NCBI GenBank assembly: GCA_964406795.1
Contig: CAYOTA010000008.1
Span: 1-56,223 of the forward strand
Length of the DNA: 56,223 nt
Direction: 5' to 3'
Origin: an uncultured Gammaproteobacteria bacterium
GTDB lineage: Bacteria > Patescibacteriota > Microgenomatia > Levybacterales > GWA1-39-11
Each line of letters begins with the position of its first letter. The first letter of the stretch is position 1. The translations under genes were made by a program, and so were the position numbers. Of this stretch, positions 35,004 to 44,507 are shown in pieces. The notes under the pieces are model-generated. The model ran no database searches. It was given only the letters and a program-made list of their open reading frames with translations, and was not told the DNA's origin.

Positions 35004-35945
35004 ATGGAAAATAATTCAAATTTAGAAAAATATATTACTCAGTTTTTAGAATATTTAGAAATTGAAAAAAATTCCAGTAAGTTAACTATCCGCAATTACA
35101 GATTTTACCTAGAGCGTTTTCGTGCCTGGTTTGAGCCTGCTTACCCAGATAAAAATATATCAGATATCACAACGGATGTTATGCGTAAATATCGCATGTA
35201 CCTATCACAGTTAACCGATGAAAAAGGCATGACGCTTATGAAAATTACTCAGTCATATCACATAATTGCGTTGCGTTCTATGCTAAGGTACCTTGTAAGA
35301 CAAGACATGGAGACACTGGCTCCTGAAAAAATTGATTTACCCAAGGCTGAATCACGCTCGTTGCTATTTTTAGAGGAAAACCATTTACGTCAGTTATTTA
35401 ACTCCGTCGACACGTCTACGGAAAAAGGTATGCGGGACCGTGCTATTTTGGAAATGTTATTCTCAACCGGCCTGCGTGTGTCCGAGTTAACTAGACTGAA
35501 TAAAGATCAATTAAATTTTAAAACACGTGAGTTTGGTGTTATAGGAAAAGGAAATAAAGTGAGGATTGTATTTTTATCGGATAACGCTGTCATGTGGCTT
35601 GAAAAATATCTAGATACCAGGCTTGATCCCTATAAGCCACTTTTTATAAGATACGCCAAAGGTACAAGTGCTGAAAATGATGGGGAGAAAATGAGATTAA
35701 CACCCAGATCTGTGGAGCGTATACTTGAGAAATATGTCAGGGCTTCCAGAATTCCTGTAAAAGCCACACCACACACCATGCGCCATTCATTTGCGACAGA
35801 TTTACTTTCAAATGGGGCGGACTTAAGATCTGTTCAGGAAATGCTGGGACACAAAAATATTTCTACAACTCAAATTTATACTCACGTAACCAATCCTCAG
35901 CTAAAAGAGGTCCACCGTAAGTTTCACAAAGGAAACAAAAGGTAA
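35004..35945 (+). CDS. Tyrosine recombinase, XerC/XerD family
   Basis: N-terminal SAM-like domain (FLEYLEIEKNSSKLTIRNYRFYL), catalytic region ARDRAILEMLFSTGLRVSEL and HTMRHSFATDLLSNGADLRSVQEMLGHKNISTTQIYTHV (R..HxxR..Y). Confidence 0.9.
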   Translation: MENNSNLEKYITQFLEYLEIEKNSSKLTIRNYRFYLERFRAWFEPAYPDKNISDITTDVMRKYRMYLSQLTDEKGMTLMKITQSYHIIALRSMLRYLVRQDMETLAPEKIDLPKAESRSLLFLEENHLRQLFNSVDTSTEKGMRDRAILEMLFSTGLRVSELTRLNKDQLNFKTREFGVIGKGNKVRIVFLSDNAVMWLEKYLDTRLDPYKPLFIRYAKGTSAENDGEKMRLTPRSVERILEKYVRASRIPVKATPHTMRHSFATDLLSNGADLRSVQEMLGHKNISTTQIYTHVTNPQLKEVHRKFHKGNKR

Positions 35946-35951
35946 GATATT

Positions 35952-37313
35952 TTAGTGGATTATTGAGAGTTTGAATGGAGGGAGTTCAGCCTTGGGCTCA
36001 GCATAAATATTGTCTCCTCGTTCCAGCGTATCTAAAATCTGAATATATCTATAAAACGCTGCATTTGTCCAGCCAAATCCTCCCTGGCTTTGGTAATGAA
36101 AGTCAACGCCAATGTCTCCCTTTACCGCGTCAATTTTTTCAAAGAATGTTTTGTGTTCTCTAAATATTTTGGCGTGAGTTTTAATGTACTTTTCCATAAG
36201 CCGTTTAGCATCTTTTACAAATCCGTATTTAAGTAATCCTATTACTGTTAAATATTCCAGAGGCGGCCATGAATTAGGATAATCCCACTGCTTTGGAAGT
36301 AGTATTTCTTCCAGAGCCGGCACATATCTTTCAGGCAGTTTTGAAAGATCAACTTTTGGGGCAAGTGATTCTTTTGTAGTTATAGCAAGTCCATAGGGTG
36401 TTTCAAAATGCTTGAGTTTTTTAACCATACGTTTTGCCTGTTCTTTTGTTGCAATGCCTGCCCATAAAGGAGTAAACCCTGCAAGAGATAAAAATTCACT
36501 ACGTCTTTTATATACGTATCCGTAGTCATAAAAAAATCCGCTTTTTTCATCCCACATAAGCCTATTAATTTCTTTTTTCCGCTCTTCGGCAATACCTTTC
36601 CAGTTTATTTCGTCATTTAGTTCTCCTAGGTGTTGTGCTATCTTTCCAAAGTCACGTTCGTATTTAAACAGTAAAACATTTAGGTCTATCGGTAAAAACT
36701 CATCACATCTGTTATAAAACCTGGAGGTAAAGTCCCATCCTGATTCCAGCTCTGATGAGTGAGCATACCCTATATCTCGGTCACCATACCTGCTAAGCGC
36801 GTGCCCTTTAACTTTGTGATTATACAGTCCTTCATGGTCAAGCCAAATTTTTTCATATTCTTCTTTTGCCGCCATTGTCATGTTTTTTAACCAAGTTTGG
36901 TGCCTTTTTAAATTAAAAAGGAAAACTTTCTTTAGTTTTTTGTGTTTCAGGTAGCGAAAATAATGCCCATTATACGTGTCTAATATCATAGATGTTAAAA
37001 ACGGAGGCTGAGATCTTCCCATGGAAGCTGGAGAATTAAAGTTAGGAATAATTCCATACTTTTTATATGTAAATACAAAATTTTCCACCATGTTTTTTAG
37101 TAGCCACTCACGTTTTGTTCCTATAACACCTCGTAAAATAAAAAAGGAATCCCAATAAAACATGAATTTGAATTTTTTAGCGTTGGGGGTTACATAAGGG
37201 TGAGGAATGGTTATGACATTGTGATTAACAACTCTCTTCTCAGGCTTATGAATCACTTGATCCCAAAACGATTCTATATAGTCTAGGCAATCTTTGTATT
37301 GTTCACTCCACAT
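35952..37313 (-). CDS. Trehalase-like glycoside hydrolase (GH37)
   Basis: KFKFMFYWDSFF resembles trehalase signature 1 (RFxExYYWDSY). QWDYPNSWPP is close to signature 2 (QWDxPxGWAP). 453 aa. Confidence 0.75.
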   Translation of the reverse strand: MWSEQYKDCLDYIESFWDQVIHKPEKRVVNHNVITIPHPYVTPNAKKFKFMFYWDSFFILRGVIGTKREWLLKNMVENFVFTYKKYGIIPNFNSPASMGRSQPPFLTSMILDTYNGHYFRYLKHKKLKKVFLFNLKRHQTWLKNMTMAAKEEYEKIWLDHEGLYNHKVKGHALSRYGDRDIGYAHSSELESGWDFTSRFYNRCDEFLPIDLNVLLFKYERDFGKIAQHLGELNDEINWKGIAEERKKEINRLMWDEKSGFFYDYGYVYKRRSEFLSLAGFTPLWAGIATKEQAKRMVKKLKHFETPYGLAITTKESLAPKVDLSKLPERYVPALEEILLPKQWDYPNSWPPLEYLTVIGLLKYGFVKDAKRLMEKYIKTHAKIFREHKTFFEKIDAVKGDIGVDFHYQSQGGFGWTNAAFYRYIQILDTLERGDNIYAEPKAELPPFKLSIIH

Positions 37314-37337
37314 AGTAACGGGGCTGCAAAAGGGATA

Positions 37338-38168
37338 TTAATTTTTGATGTAAAACGTGACTCCCATTCTGGCGGTAATTTCATTTTCACCAGCTTGTAG
37401 GTCGGTTTGGGATTCAGGGGTACTACCCGCTTTCATGTTCATAACAGACGTATCTGATGCGTATGGTTGAGGATATCCGTATGCATCATCCGTATTTCTA
37501 ATGCTCATAATTTTCCCTAATTTAAATCCTGCAGACTTTGCCCAATCTTGTGCTTGCGCGCGTGCTTCTGCTATAGCTTTGTTTTGTGCCTCTAGAACAT
37601 ATTTTTCGCGGTCATCAAATGTATACTCTACTCCGCCTACGTTCATCCCAATTGAAGTTAACGCATCAATCGCTTTATTGAGTATTTCTACTTTTTCAGC
37701 TTTTACAGTAGTAGAAACGTCTGCAATATATCCGTTTTGTTGAGGTGTAGATGGAGGTCTTATCATAAGACTTGTGTCAGTGGTAGATTCATAATTTGGG
37801 TTAACAAAAAAGCCTGTTGTTTTAATGTCAGTTTCTTTAACCCCCAATTTTTTAAGCGCTTCAATTGCTTGTGTTTGTTTGGTGTTAGCTTTAGCGCGTG
37901 CTGCTTCCTGAGTTTCTGCTTTCTCCTGGATATTAAACGTGGTCTGTGCAACATTTGGAACAGCTGTTACTTTGCCTGTTCCTACAGCTTCAAATGAATT
38001 CATGTTTTGATTGGATCCAAGGGAAAAATTAAAGTACGTGAATTTGTTTAAAAGGAATAGAACTGCTACAAATACTAATGCAAAACATGCTGGCTTTAAG
38101 AGGTATTCTTTAAGAAAAGGTTTATCAATCACATATACAGCATACAAAAACCTATTGCTTTCTGTCAA
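37338..38168 (-). CDS. SIMPL/DUF541-like secreted protein
   Basis: N-terminal TM or signal segment, then a pattern typical of SIMPL domains (VPNVAQTTFNIQEKAETQEAARAKA...ALKKLGVKETDIKTTGF...GENEITARMGVTFYI). Confidence 0.55.
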   Translation of the reverse strand: MTESNRFLYAVYVIDKPFLKEYLLKPACFALVFVAVLFLLNKFTYFNFSLGSNQNMNSFEAVGTGKVTAVPNVAQTTFNIQEKAETQEAARAKANTKQTQAIEALKKLGVKETDIKTTGFFVNPNYESTTDTSLMIRPPSTPQQNGYIADVSTTVKAEKVEILNKAIDALTSIGMNVGGVEYTFDDREKYVLEAQNKAIAEARAQAQDWAKSAGFKLGKIMSIRNTDDAYGYPQPYASDTSVMNMKAGSTPESQTDLQAGENEITARMGVTFYIKN

Positions 38169-38174
38169 GATGAA

Positions 38175-39188
38175 TTATACGCGTCTGATCTTTTTTCTCA
38201 CTATTTCAATAGTGTAGTTTATGAAATATTTAGGATAGTTTATGACTAAGTCTTGGGCATGGAGATACTCTGCTTCTTCTCCTCCAAAGCCTCTCTTAAA
38301 TACTGAAAGGTTTGCAAATCTGTGTCCAACTGGAGCCACTCCCCAAAAATTATATCTGCTCATTTTTCTTTTTTTGGCCTCTAAAATTGCCTGCCATTGA
38401 ATAAGATATGCGCCTGGATATTCGCGCCCCTCAGTGGTTGACGCTCCATAGTGATACACTGCTTCCTTCCCATAAAATATAATAAATGCCTGAGCCAGCA
38501 GCTTTTTTTCAAAATAGGATGAATATAATACTGCGTTTCCAGAATGAGAAAAGACCTTAAATTGTTCGTTTAAAAACTTAAAAGAAAATGGCACAAACCC
38601 TTGCCGTTTTGATGTCTCTATTTGAAGATCATAAAATTTTTTCATTTCTTTTTCACTTACACCCTCCTCTACTCTCACCCCAAGCTTCATTGCTTTTTTT
38701 ATTTCATACCTTGTTGCTTTTCTCATGTTAGTAAGCAGTTCATCCTCAGACTTTGTTATGTCCAGTTGATTTGTTAATTCTGCATGAAGGTGCATGGGGG
38801 CTTTCTTGAATCCAAGTGTCTTAAAAAGATTTTTTGAAAAATCACTAGATTCTAGTTGTGGTCTTACACGGATAAATGAGCAGTTATTTTCTTTGGCAAT
38901 TTTAACTATCTCTTCCTTAAAATGCCTTACAATTGTTATATTGCTCCAGTTAATAATTGGGCCTGCAGGAACGGTGAGATATGTCCCGCGCTTTGCTTTT
39001 TCCACCACGCAAAGAACTACTCCTTCCAATTTTTCTTTTTGGAAAAACCCAACTCTTATAATTTTGTGTCCTAACTCTGAGTGGAATTCTCCCCAATCCC
39101 AGCTTTGCAAAAAATTTGCCTCATCATGGGTGCTCATGAATTTTTCCCATCCGTTTTTATTTGTAATTATTTTTGTTGTGTATGCCAT
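38175..39188 (-). CDS. FemAB-family peptidyltransferase (lipid II amino-acid transferase-like)
   Basis: FLQSWDWGEFH near the N-terminus and YHYGAST...GAYLIQWQAILEAKKRKMSRYNFWG in the C-terminal GNAT-like lobe. 337 aa. Confidence 0.8.
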   Translation of the reverse strand: MAYTTKIITNKNGWEKFMSTHDEANFLQSWDWGEFHSELGHKIIRVGFFQKEKLEGVVLCVVEKAKRGTYLTVPAGPIINWSNITIVRHFKEEIVKIAKENNCSFIRVRPQLESSDFSKNLFKTLGFKKAPMHLHAELTNQLDITKSEDELLTNMRKATRYEIKKAMKLGVRVEEGVSEKEMKKFYDLQIETSKRQGFVPFSFKFLNEQFKVFSHSGNAVLYSSYFEKKLLAQAFIIFYGKEAVYHYGASTTEGREYPGAYLIQWQAILEAKKRKMSRYNFWGVAPVGHRFANLSVFKRGFGGEEAEYLHAQDLVINYPKYFINYTIEIVRKKIRRV

Positions 39189-40348
39189 GTGTTAACAATT
39201 TGAGAAATAGTTACTGCTTTTTCTTTCGTGACGTTAACGTGGGTAGGCAAATTTATTATTACTTCTGAAATTTTTTCTGATTCAGGACACGTGCCCATAA
39301 TAAACCCGGATTTTTTGAGTAACCGTTTGGGAGCCACGGGAGCATCGTACCATATGTCTGAGATATACAGTCCTTGTGTTTTTGCGTACGTTATAAATTC
39401 ATTTCTGTTAGTAATTTTTACCGGGAACCGGAGGCACGTTGAAGTACTGACAAGGCTCGATATCTCTTTAAATTGATACGAAGCATGTATAGTATCTGCA
39501 TATATTTTGGAAATAGTGCGCCTATGTGAAAGCTGTTTTTCAAGAAAGCCAAATTCCTGTAAGGCTAGCATTGCATGCCAATCAGACATATTTTTACCCA
39601 CATCATTTTTCATAGGGTTTGATAAAAGGCGTGTTGTTTTTAAAAATATATGAAGAAATTTCCCTATGCCTGATTTATACGTTTTCCTGATTAATAAAGT
39701 CATGAGTGGATATATTTTGTCTTGCATAGATATGTCTGTATTTGTCTTTGTGTTTTGCAAAGTCTTATGAGGGGGTTTTGAAATAAGTGCACCTCCTGAA
39801 ACCGCGTCCACTACCTTGTCCTGACTAAATGACAAAACAACATAGTCCCCTACACTGCCCGCTTCTTTCTTAGTACTATAACTAGTGCCTATGGAATGAG
39901 CTAAATCCTCAATAAGTAGTATCTTGTGTTTTTTGCAAATCTTTTGAATTCCTTCTATGTCGCATGGGTAACCTAGCGTATTTTGTATTATCACGGCCTT
40001 TATGGTAGGTGTGCGTTTTATCTCTGCTTCAAGTGTTTGAGTATCAAAGTGCAGTTTTTCCGGATCTATATCTAAAAATACTGGATTCATATGTGCTTTT
40101 TTAATAGCATCTACAACTGCTATGCAGGTAAATCCTGTAAGTGCGACTTTGGATGAATCCGGTAAATCGGCAAGTAATAAAGCTTGGGTTATAGCCTCTC
40201 TTCCTTTATAAAATAATGTTACTTGTCCTTGATATTTATTTTCTAGAAATGTAACAAGTTCTCGTTTGCCATTTTTCTCAGTTAAATATATGGAGTTGAG
40301 TAAGTATCCGAGGTTATAGTTTGATCCCAGCGAGTTAAAAATGTTCAT
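39167..40348 (-). CDS. DegT/DnrJ/EryC1/StrS-family PLP-dependent aminotransferase
   Basis: LIEDLAHSIG, then the LSFSQDKVVDAVSGGALI pattern carrying the PLP-Lys. It overlaps the FemAB gene by 22 nt. Confidence 0.8.
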   Translation of the reverse strand: MNIFNSLGSNYNLGYLLNSIYLTEKNGKRELVTFLENKYQGQVTLFYKGREAITQALLLADLPDSSKVALTGFTCIAVVDAIKKAHMNPVFLDIDPEKLHFDTQTLEAEIKRTPTIKAVIIQNTLGYPCDIEGIQKICKKHKILLIEDLAHSIGTSYSTKKEAGSVGDYVVLSFSQDKVVDAVSGGALISKPPHKTLQNTKTNTDISMQDKIYPLMTLLIRKTYKSGIGKFLHIFLKTTRLLSNPMKNDVGKNMSDWHAMLALQEFGFLEKQLSHRRTISKIYADTIHASYQFKEISSLVSTSTCLRFPVKITNRNEFITYAKTQGLYISDIWYDAPVAPKRLLKKSGFIMGTCPESEKISEVIINLPTHVNVTKEKAVTISQIVNTWHTQQK

Positions 40349-41064
40349 TTAAATTCTTTTTTTATTATGTCCACAACTTGGTCAGTCTGGGTAAATTGTG
40401 GAGAGTGAGCTGCGTTCTCAATAGTATACAGCGTGCTGTTGGGGAGTTCATTTTTAAAGACAAGAGCATCAGTATAAGGCGTTGCCGTGTCATTTTTGCC
40501 CCAAATAATTGTTACTGGAATTTGCAAATCTTTTAAGTGAGGCGCTACATCAACCTTGATTAAATTTCTCATGGTCTCTTTCATTATAGGTGTTGCACTT
40601 ATGTAGTCGGATTCGCGTGTTGCCTTGTATAAAAGGCTTTTGGCATTCTGAGAATTTGTTATTTTTTTGCCTACAATAGAAAGGAATTTGAATACTCCTC
40701 TCTTTGTTTTTGTAATTATGTCACTGTGGTAAATCCCGGCACTGTCCAGTAAGAAGATTTGCTCCAATCGCTCCGGATATTTAACAGCAAATGACAGTAG
40801 TATTCTTCCTCCATTTGAATGTCCTAAAACAGACACGTGTTTATTGTCCGGTAAAGATTTTGCAAGCCACTCTACATAATCATCTATATCCCATGCCCTG
40901 TCTATTGGAGCTGAAAGTCCGGGAATATCTAGAAAAACAGGCTCTATTCCAATTGACTCTAATTTCTTTAAAAAAGATTTCCACTTTTCAGTGCTTGTTG
41001 TCCACCCATGAAGAATATATAACTTATTGTCTAAAGACCCCACTTGCGCCTCCTCTCGTCCCAA
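40345..41064 (-). CDS. Alpha/beta-fold hydrolase
   Basis: Starts LYILHGW, nucleophile elbow LGHSNGG, late GKNDTATP (Asp) and ENAAHSP (His). 4-nt overlap with the downstream gene. Confidence 0.75.
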   Translation of the reverse strand: MGREEAQVGSLDNKLYILHGWTTSTEKWKSFLKKLESIGIEPVFLDIPGLSAPIDRAWDIDDYVEWLAKSLPDNKHVSVLGHSNGGRILLSFAVKYPERLEQIFLLDSAGIYHSDIITKTKRGVFKFLSIVGKKITNSQNAKSLLYKATRESDYISATPIMKETMRNLIKVDVAPHLKDLQIPVTIIWGKNDTATPYTDALVFKNELPNSTLYTIENAAHSPQFTQTDQVVDIIKKEFK

Positions 41065-42347
41065 ACCTTTTCGCGCCGCGCTAGTAAACTTTTTTCTTTT
41101 TTATCCAAAAGTAGATTCTCAATTACACCCTCCAAAAACCGTGCACCTTTAAATAAAATTGTTTCCTGTCCGCGTATTTCTTTCAGCAGTAAATCAAGTA
41201 CATCCCGTGGATTTTCAAATACATCTAGTGGAATGTTTTTGTTTAATTTTTCTTTAAGAATTGGATATGTGTATTTTTTTACCCGGGTGCCCAAAAGCAC
41301 AATTCTTTTTGTGTCTTGTTCGAGTAAAAGATTAGCCAGCTTTTCATGTTCTTCTTGCTCTACACTTCCCTGCTCTAGCATGTCCCCTATCACCGTCCAT
41401 TTTGTTTTAGCTGGAAACTCTTGAAACATTGAAAGAATTGCTTTCATAGATGAGTAATTGGCATTATACGTACTATCTATAATTGTAATATTTTTGATTC
41501 CTCTAAAAAGTGAGCTTCTTCCTGGCGGAAAATGGGTATAAGTAAATCTCTCATCGAACTTAATTTGCAAGAAGTCACAAAGTATCTTTAACATTTCGAT
41601 AGAATAGATTAATTCTTTCGGCTGCAATGATTTAAACAGATAAATTTTACTGTCTGTTTTAAATTCAGTTCCATCTTTTGAGATTTTGTAATCAGTAAGC
41701 GCTTTCATTTTTACGCTTTCAACTGCAGCTTTTGTCCTGGGAAGTTGGTTTGTCATAAGTTCAGAGTCACCGTCAATTACTAAAAGTTTTTGTGTGTGCT
41801 CCCCAAAGTATCCAAATTCATATGCAATTGCGTCCTCGACACTTTTGAACTTTTCGGGGACTAGCTTATCAAAGTTCATGCTGTGAGTTCGGCTGGTTGA
41901 AACCCACAAAGTTACCTCAGGTTTTAAAAGGTTTGCTAAAAACTTTGCCTCTCCTGGCCTATCCGCATCACATTCTGCTATATAAAGTTTTTCAGTGTAT
42001 GGTTTTTTAAATGCTTGAGTTGGAGCCTTAAAAATAATAGATAGCCACTCAGTGGGCTTAAGCGTTCTTCTATGCAAATCCAATATGTCAAAAGGAATAC
42101 CGATTGCTGAATTTGCGTGGTGCGAATAATGTGCTTTACTGCCAACTTGCGCTTCTACTAAATGAAATAACGTAGTCTTACCGCTTGATCCTGTTATGAC
42201 AATGACTCGTGGGTTCCAACGTGAAAGCCTAATTTTTGCCCAGAATGCAAAGTAATACGCTATTGGAAAAAATAAAATATCTTTGATATGTCCTACCACT
42301 TCCCTATTGTAACTTGTTTGAAATATAAAATCGAGGCGTAACAACAC
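41031..42347 (-). CDS. Mur-ligase-family protein (MurF-like, lacking the usual N-terminal domain)
   Basis: ATP-binding P-loop VITGSSGKTTLFHL, a central Mur ligase domain and a C-terminal domain (TVIGDMLEQG). GTG or TTG start. It overlaps the hydrolase gene by 34 nt. Confidence 0.7.
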   Translation of the reverse strand: MLLRLDFIFQTSYNREVVGHIKDILFFPIAYYFAFWAKIRLSRWNPRVIVITGSSGKTTLFHLVEAQVGSKAHYSHHANSAIGIPFDILDLHRRTLKPTEWLSIIFKAPTQAFKKPYTEKLYIAECDADRPGEAKFLANLLKPEVTLWVSTSRTHSMNFDKLVPEKFKSVEDAIAYEFGYFGEHTQKLLVIDGDSELMTNQLPRTKAAVESVKMKALTDYKISKDGTEFKTDSKIYLFKSLQPKELIYSIEMLKILCDFLQIKFDERFTYTHFPPGRSSLFRGIKNITIIDSTYNANYSSMKAILSMFQEFPAKTKWTVIGDMLEQGSVEQEEHEKLANLLLEQDTKRIVLLGTRVKKYTYPILKEKLNKNIPLDVFENPRDVLDLLLKEIRGQETILFKGARFLEGVIENLLLDKKEKSLLARREKVWDERRRKWGL

Positions 42348-42359
42348 TTTACTACAGGC

Positions 42360-43202
42360 CTAATCACTAGAAGTTTGTTTTTCTGCTGCAGTTATCAAAT
42401 TTTGAAAAAGATAGGAAAGATTTACCGGCCCTACTCCACCCGGGGTAGGACTCCAAGCAGAGGCTTTGTCTTTTATTTCGTCCACATTGTAATCTCCTTT
42501 TAATTTTCCGTCTTCTTTGTGTGTTCCAACACCAACTAATATTACCCCCTTTGATAAATATTCTGGTTTTATTACATTACTCTTACCAACCGCGCTAATA
42601 ATTAGTGTAGACTTTTTAAGAATACTTTCTACGTCCGTTGTTTTACTGTCTATGACTTGAAAAGGTACTTTTAAAGTCTGAAGCCATTCTATTGCAGGAC
42701 CCCCGGCTGTTTCTCCTTTTCCTGCTATGCATACGGACTGATTTAACAGCACTTTTTCTAATTCCGAGGCTGTTGTCACTCGCAAGGCCTCTCTGATAAA
42801 ACGTTGAATAGCCATAAGAACTGGAACAATGTAGATCGAATCATCTCGAAACCCATCAATATCTTTTACTGGACTGATGCCTTCTATAACTTTTTTTCTA
42901 TCAAATTGTTTTGGAATTGGTCTTTGGACAATAATTCCGTGTACGTTTTTATTTTCATTTAATACTTTTATTGTGTTGTGTAACTCTTCTTCATCTTCAC
43001 CTGTAAGTTTTATTAAATTTGTTTTAATACCAAGTCTTTCAGCCGTTTTTAACTTTTGGGAAACATAAGATAACCATGCCTCTTCTTTACCCACTGTAAC
43101 TATTGCTAACTCTGGGATAACTTCTTGATTGTTTAGCTTCAAGATTCTTTCACGAACATCATTTAGTATCTCCTCAGCTATAATTTTGCCTGACATTTCC
43201 AT
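42360..43202 (-). CDS. folD: Bifunctional methylenetetrahydrofolate dehydrogenase/cyclohydrolase
   Basis: GKIIAEEI N-terminus, VHGIIVQRPIP, DIDGF, and the TPGGVGPV motif near the C-terminus. Confidence 0.9.
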   Translation of the reverse strand: MEMSGKIIAEEILNDVRERILKLNNQEVIPELAIVTVGKEEAWLSYVSQKLKTAERLGIKTNLIKLTGEDEEELHNTIKVLNENKNVHGIIVQRPIPKQFDRKKVIEGISPVKDIDGFRDDSIYIVPVLMAIQRFIREALRVTTASELEKVLLNQSVCIAGKGETAGGPAIEWLQTLKVPFQVIDSKTTDVESILKKSTLIISAVGKSNVIKPEYLSKGVILVGVGTHKEDGKLKGDYNVDEIKDKASAWSPTPGGVGPVNLSYLFQNLITAAEKQTSSD

Positions 43203-43307
43203 CCAGTAATTATACAGTGGGCAACGTAGTTTAAAAAGGAGTAGTTAATGACAATCGCACTTTTTAGGTAGACCATCCCATCCTTAGCTATATCTTTTAA
43301 GCAACTA

Positions 43308-43357
43308 ACGTTTACGTTTATTCCAATTCGGAAGTAGATTACGGCTAAACATCAGAA
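43308..43357. repeat. Unit 2 flanking repeat, stop-codon side
   Basis: ACGTTTACGTTTATTCCAATTCGGAAGTAGATTACGGCTAAACATCAGAA. The transposase stop codon lies inside it. Confidence 0.7.
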
Positions 43358-43995
43358 TCATGAAGGAGATGTTTTATGGTGTTCAGTTGTTTTGCATAAT
43401 TAATGTGGTCCGTGGTGAAGGATCTGTACATCTTAATATTCTTGAATTGCTCAGTTATTATTTTTCGATTACAGATGGTTTTACTAGAGACTCCTACATG
43501 TTCACGGTAAGAAGACCACTCATAATCTTCAGGTTTATTGATGGGCATTTGTGAGACCACCGGATTTAAATGAATATATCTATCCACATGTATCAATTGT
43601 TCTGTAGTTTCAATCCATACTGCCTTGAAATTGCCCTGATATAAAGGTCCCTCCCTCTTTTGTTTAACGTTCACATATTTTGCATAGCTATTCATGAGCT
43701 TTCTCATAAATGTAGAGATTCCTTCGTCTTCTCTTTGACAGAGTATGAAATGAAAATGATTGGGCATGAGACAATACGAGACTATATCCACAGCATTGGT
43801 AAGTTTTTGGGGAGTAGACGTGTGCTGCTTGAAGTGTGAAAAGCTTCCACCGTTTGGATTTACTTTGTAATACTGAGTAGCTTGCAAGAACCGAATATGA
43901 TCTCGTCTAGTGTGGAATATAGGCATTCTGGCTACACCTCTATTAAACACATGGTAGTATTCATTATTAGAAAATATTACATTTCTACGTGACAT
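43345..43995 (-). CDS. HUH/Y1 transposase (RAYT / IS200-like), paralog 2
   Basis: EYYHVFNRG, HUH motif CLMPNHFHFIL, YQGNFKAV, and RYIHLNPV with the candidate catalytic Tyr. It aligns along its whole length with the protein at 13518..14183. Confidence 0.8.
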   Translation of the reverse strand: MSRRNVIFSNNEYYHVFNRGVARMPIFHTRRDHIRFLQATQYYKVNPNGGSFSHFKQHTSTPQKLTNAVDIVSYCLMPNHFHFILCQREDEGISTFMRKLMNSYAKYVNVKQKREGPLYQGNFKAVWIETTEQLIHVDRYIHLNPVVSQMPINKPEDYEWSSYREHVGVSSKTICNRKIITEQFKNIKMYRSFTTDHINYAKQLNTIKHLLHDSDV

Positions 43996-44043
43996 AACTT
44001 AATTAAATAGTATGTAATAACAAATAAGCAATGTGTAGTTCTA

Positions 44044-44093
44044 ATGTTTAGTTCTGTTTTACTTCGGAAGTGGAACGAGGCTAAACATTAGAA
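44044..44093. repeat. Unit 2 flanking repeat, start-codon side
   Basis: ATGTTTAGTTCTGTTTTACTTCGGAAGTGGAACGAGGCTAAACATTAGAA. A perfect 10-bp stem forms between TAATGTTTAG (44042-44051) and CTAAACATTA (44081-44090). Confidence 0.7.
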
Positions 44094-44116
44094 ATGTTTA
44101 CAGTTTCGGGAATGTG

Positions 44117-44476
44117 TTAAGGTGTGGGGTTTTTAAAGGGAGGAATATTAAATCTCTCACAAAATGCAGGATATAATTCGGGTCTTTCAAGTGCGTCTGC
44201 ATAACTAATAGGAAACTGACCGCTCCACACCTCAGGTTCTACTCCCAGCTCATGTGCTCTTAAAACCGCATCGTCAACTTGTAATTTTTCTGCGATTTCC
44301 CATACTCTAAATCCTCCTTCTGTGCGAGCATCTCCCCAATAAGAGCCCATAGCGCGAGCATGTTCTGCTTCTGCTTGCATTCGAGCTTCTGCCTTTGTTG
44401 CCTCTTGTCGGATATTACGCATTTCTTGGGTTAAGGCTTTGGTTACCCTACCGATTGCACGTTCATATTGACTCAT
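44117..44476 (-). CDS. Hypothetical protein
   Basis: ATG at 44476 (MSQYERAIGR) avoids overlap with the upstream Rpf-like gene. Ala/Arg/Glu-rich and locally GC-richer. No motif recognised. Confidence 0.45.
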   Translation of the reverse strand: MSQYERAIGRVTKALTQEMRNIRQEATKAEARMQAEAEHARAMGSYWGDARTEGGFRVWEIAEKLQVDDAVLRAHELGVEPEVWSGQFPISYADALERPELYPAFCERFNIPPFKNPTP

Positions 44477-44507
44477 TGAAATAATATATACACAAAAATA
44501 AGAAGTA

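Larger units (their letters stand above)
43308..44093 (-). mobile_element. RAYT/IS200-like unit 2: paralogous Y1 transposase gene bracketed by its own ~50-nt direct repeats
   Basis: The repeats 43308-43357 and 44044-44093 share 36 of 50 positions by my manual alignment, including the conserved blocks TTCGGAAGT and GGCTAAACAT-AGAA. They are unrelated in sequence to the unit 1 repeats. Confidence 0.55.
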
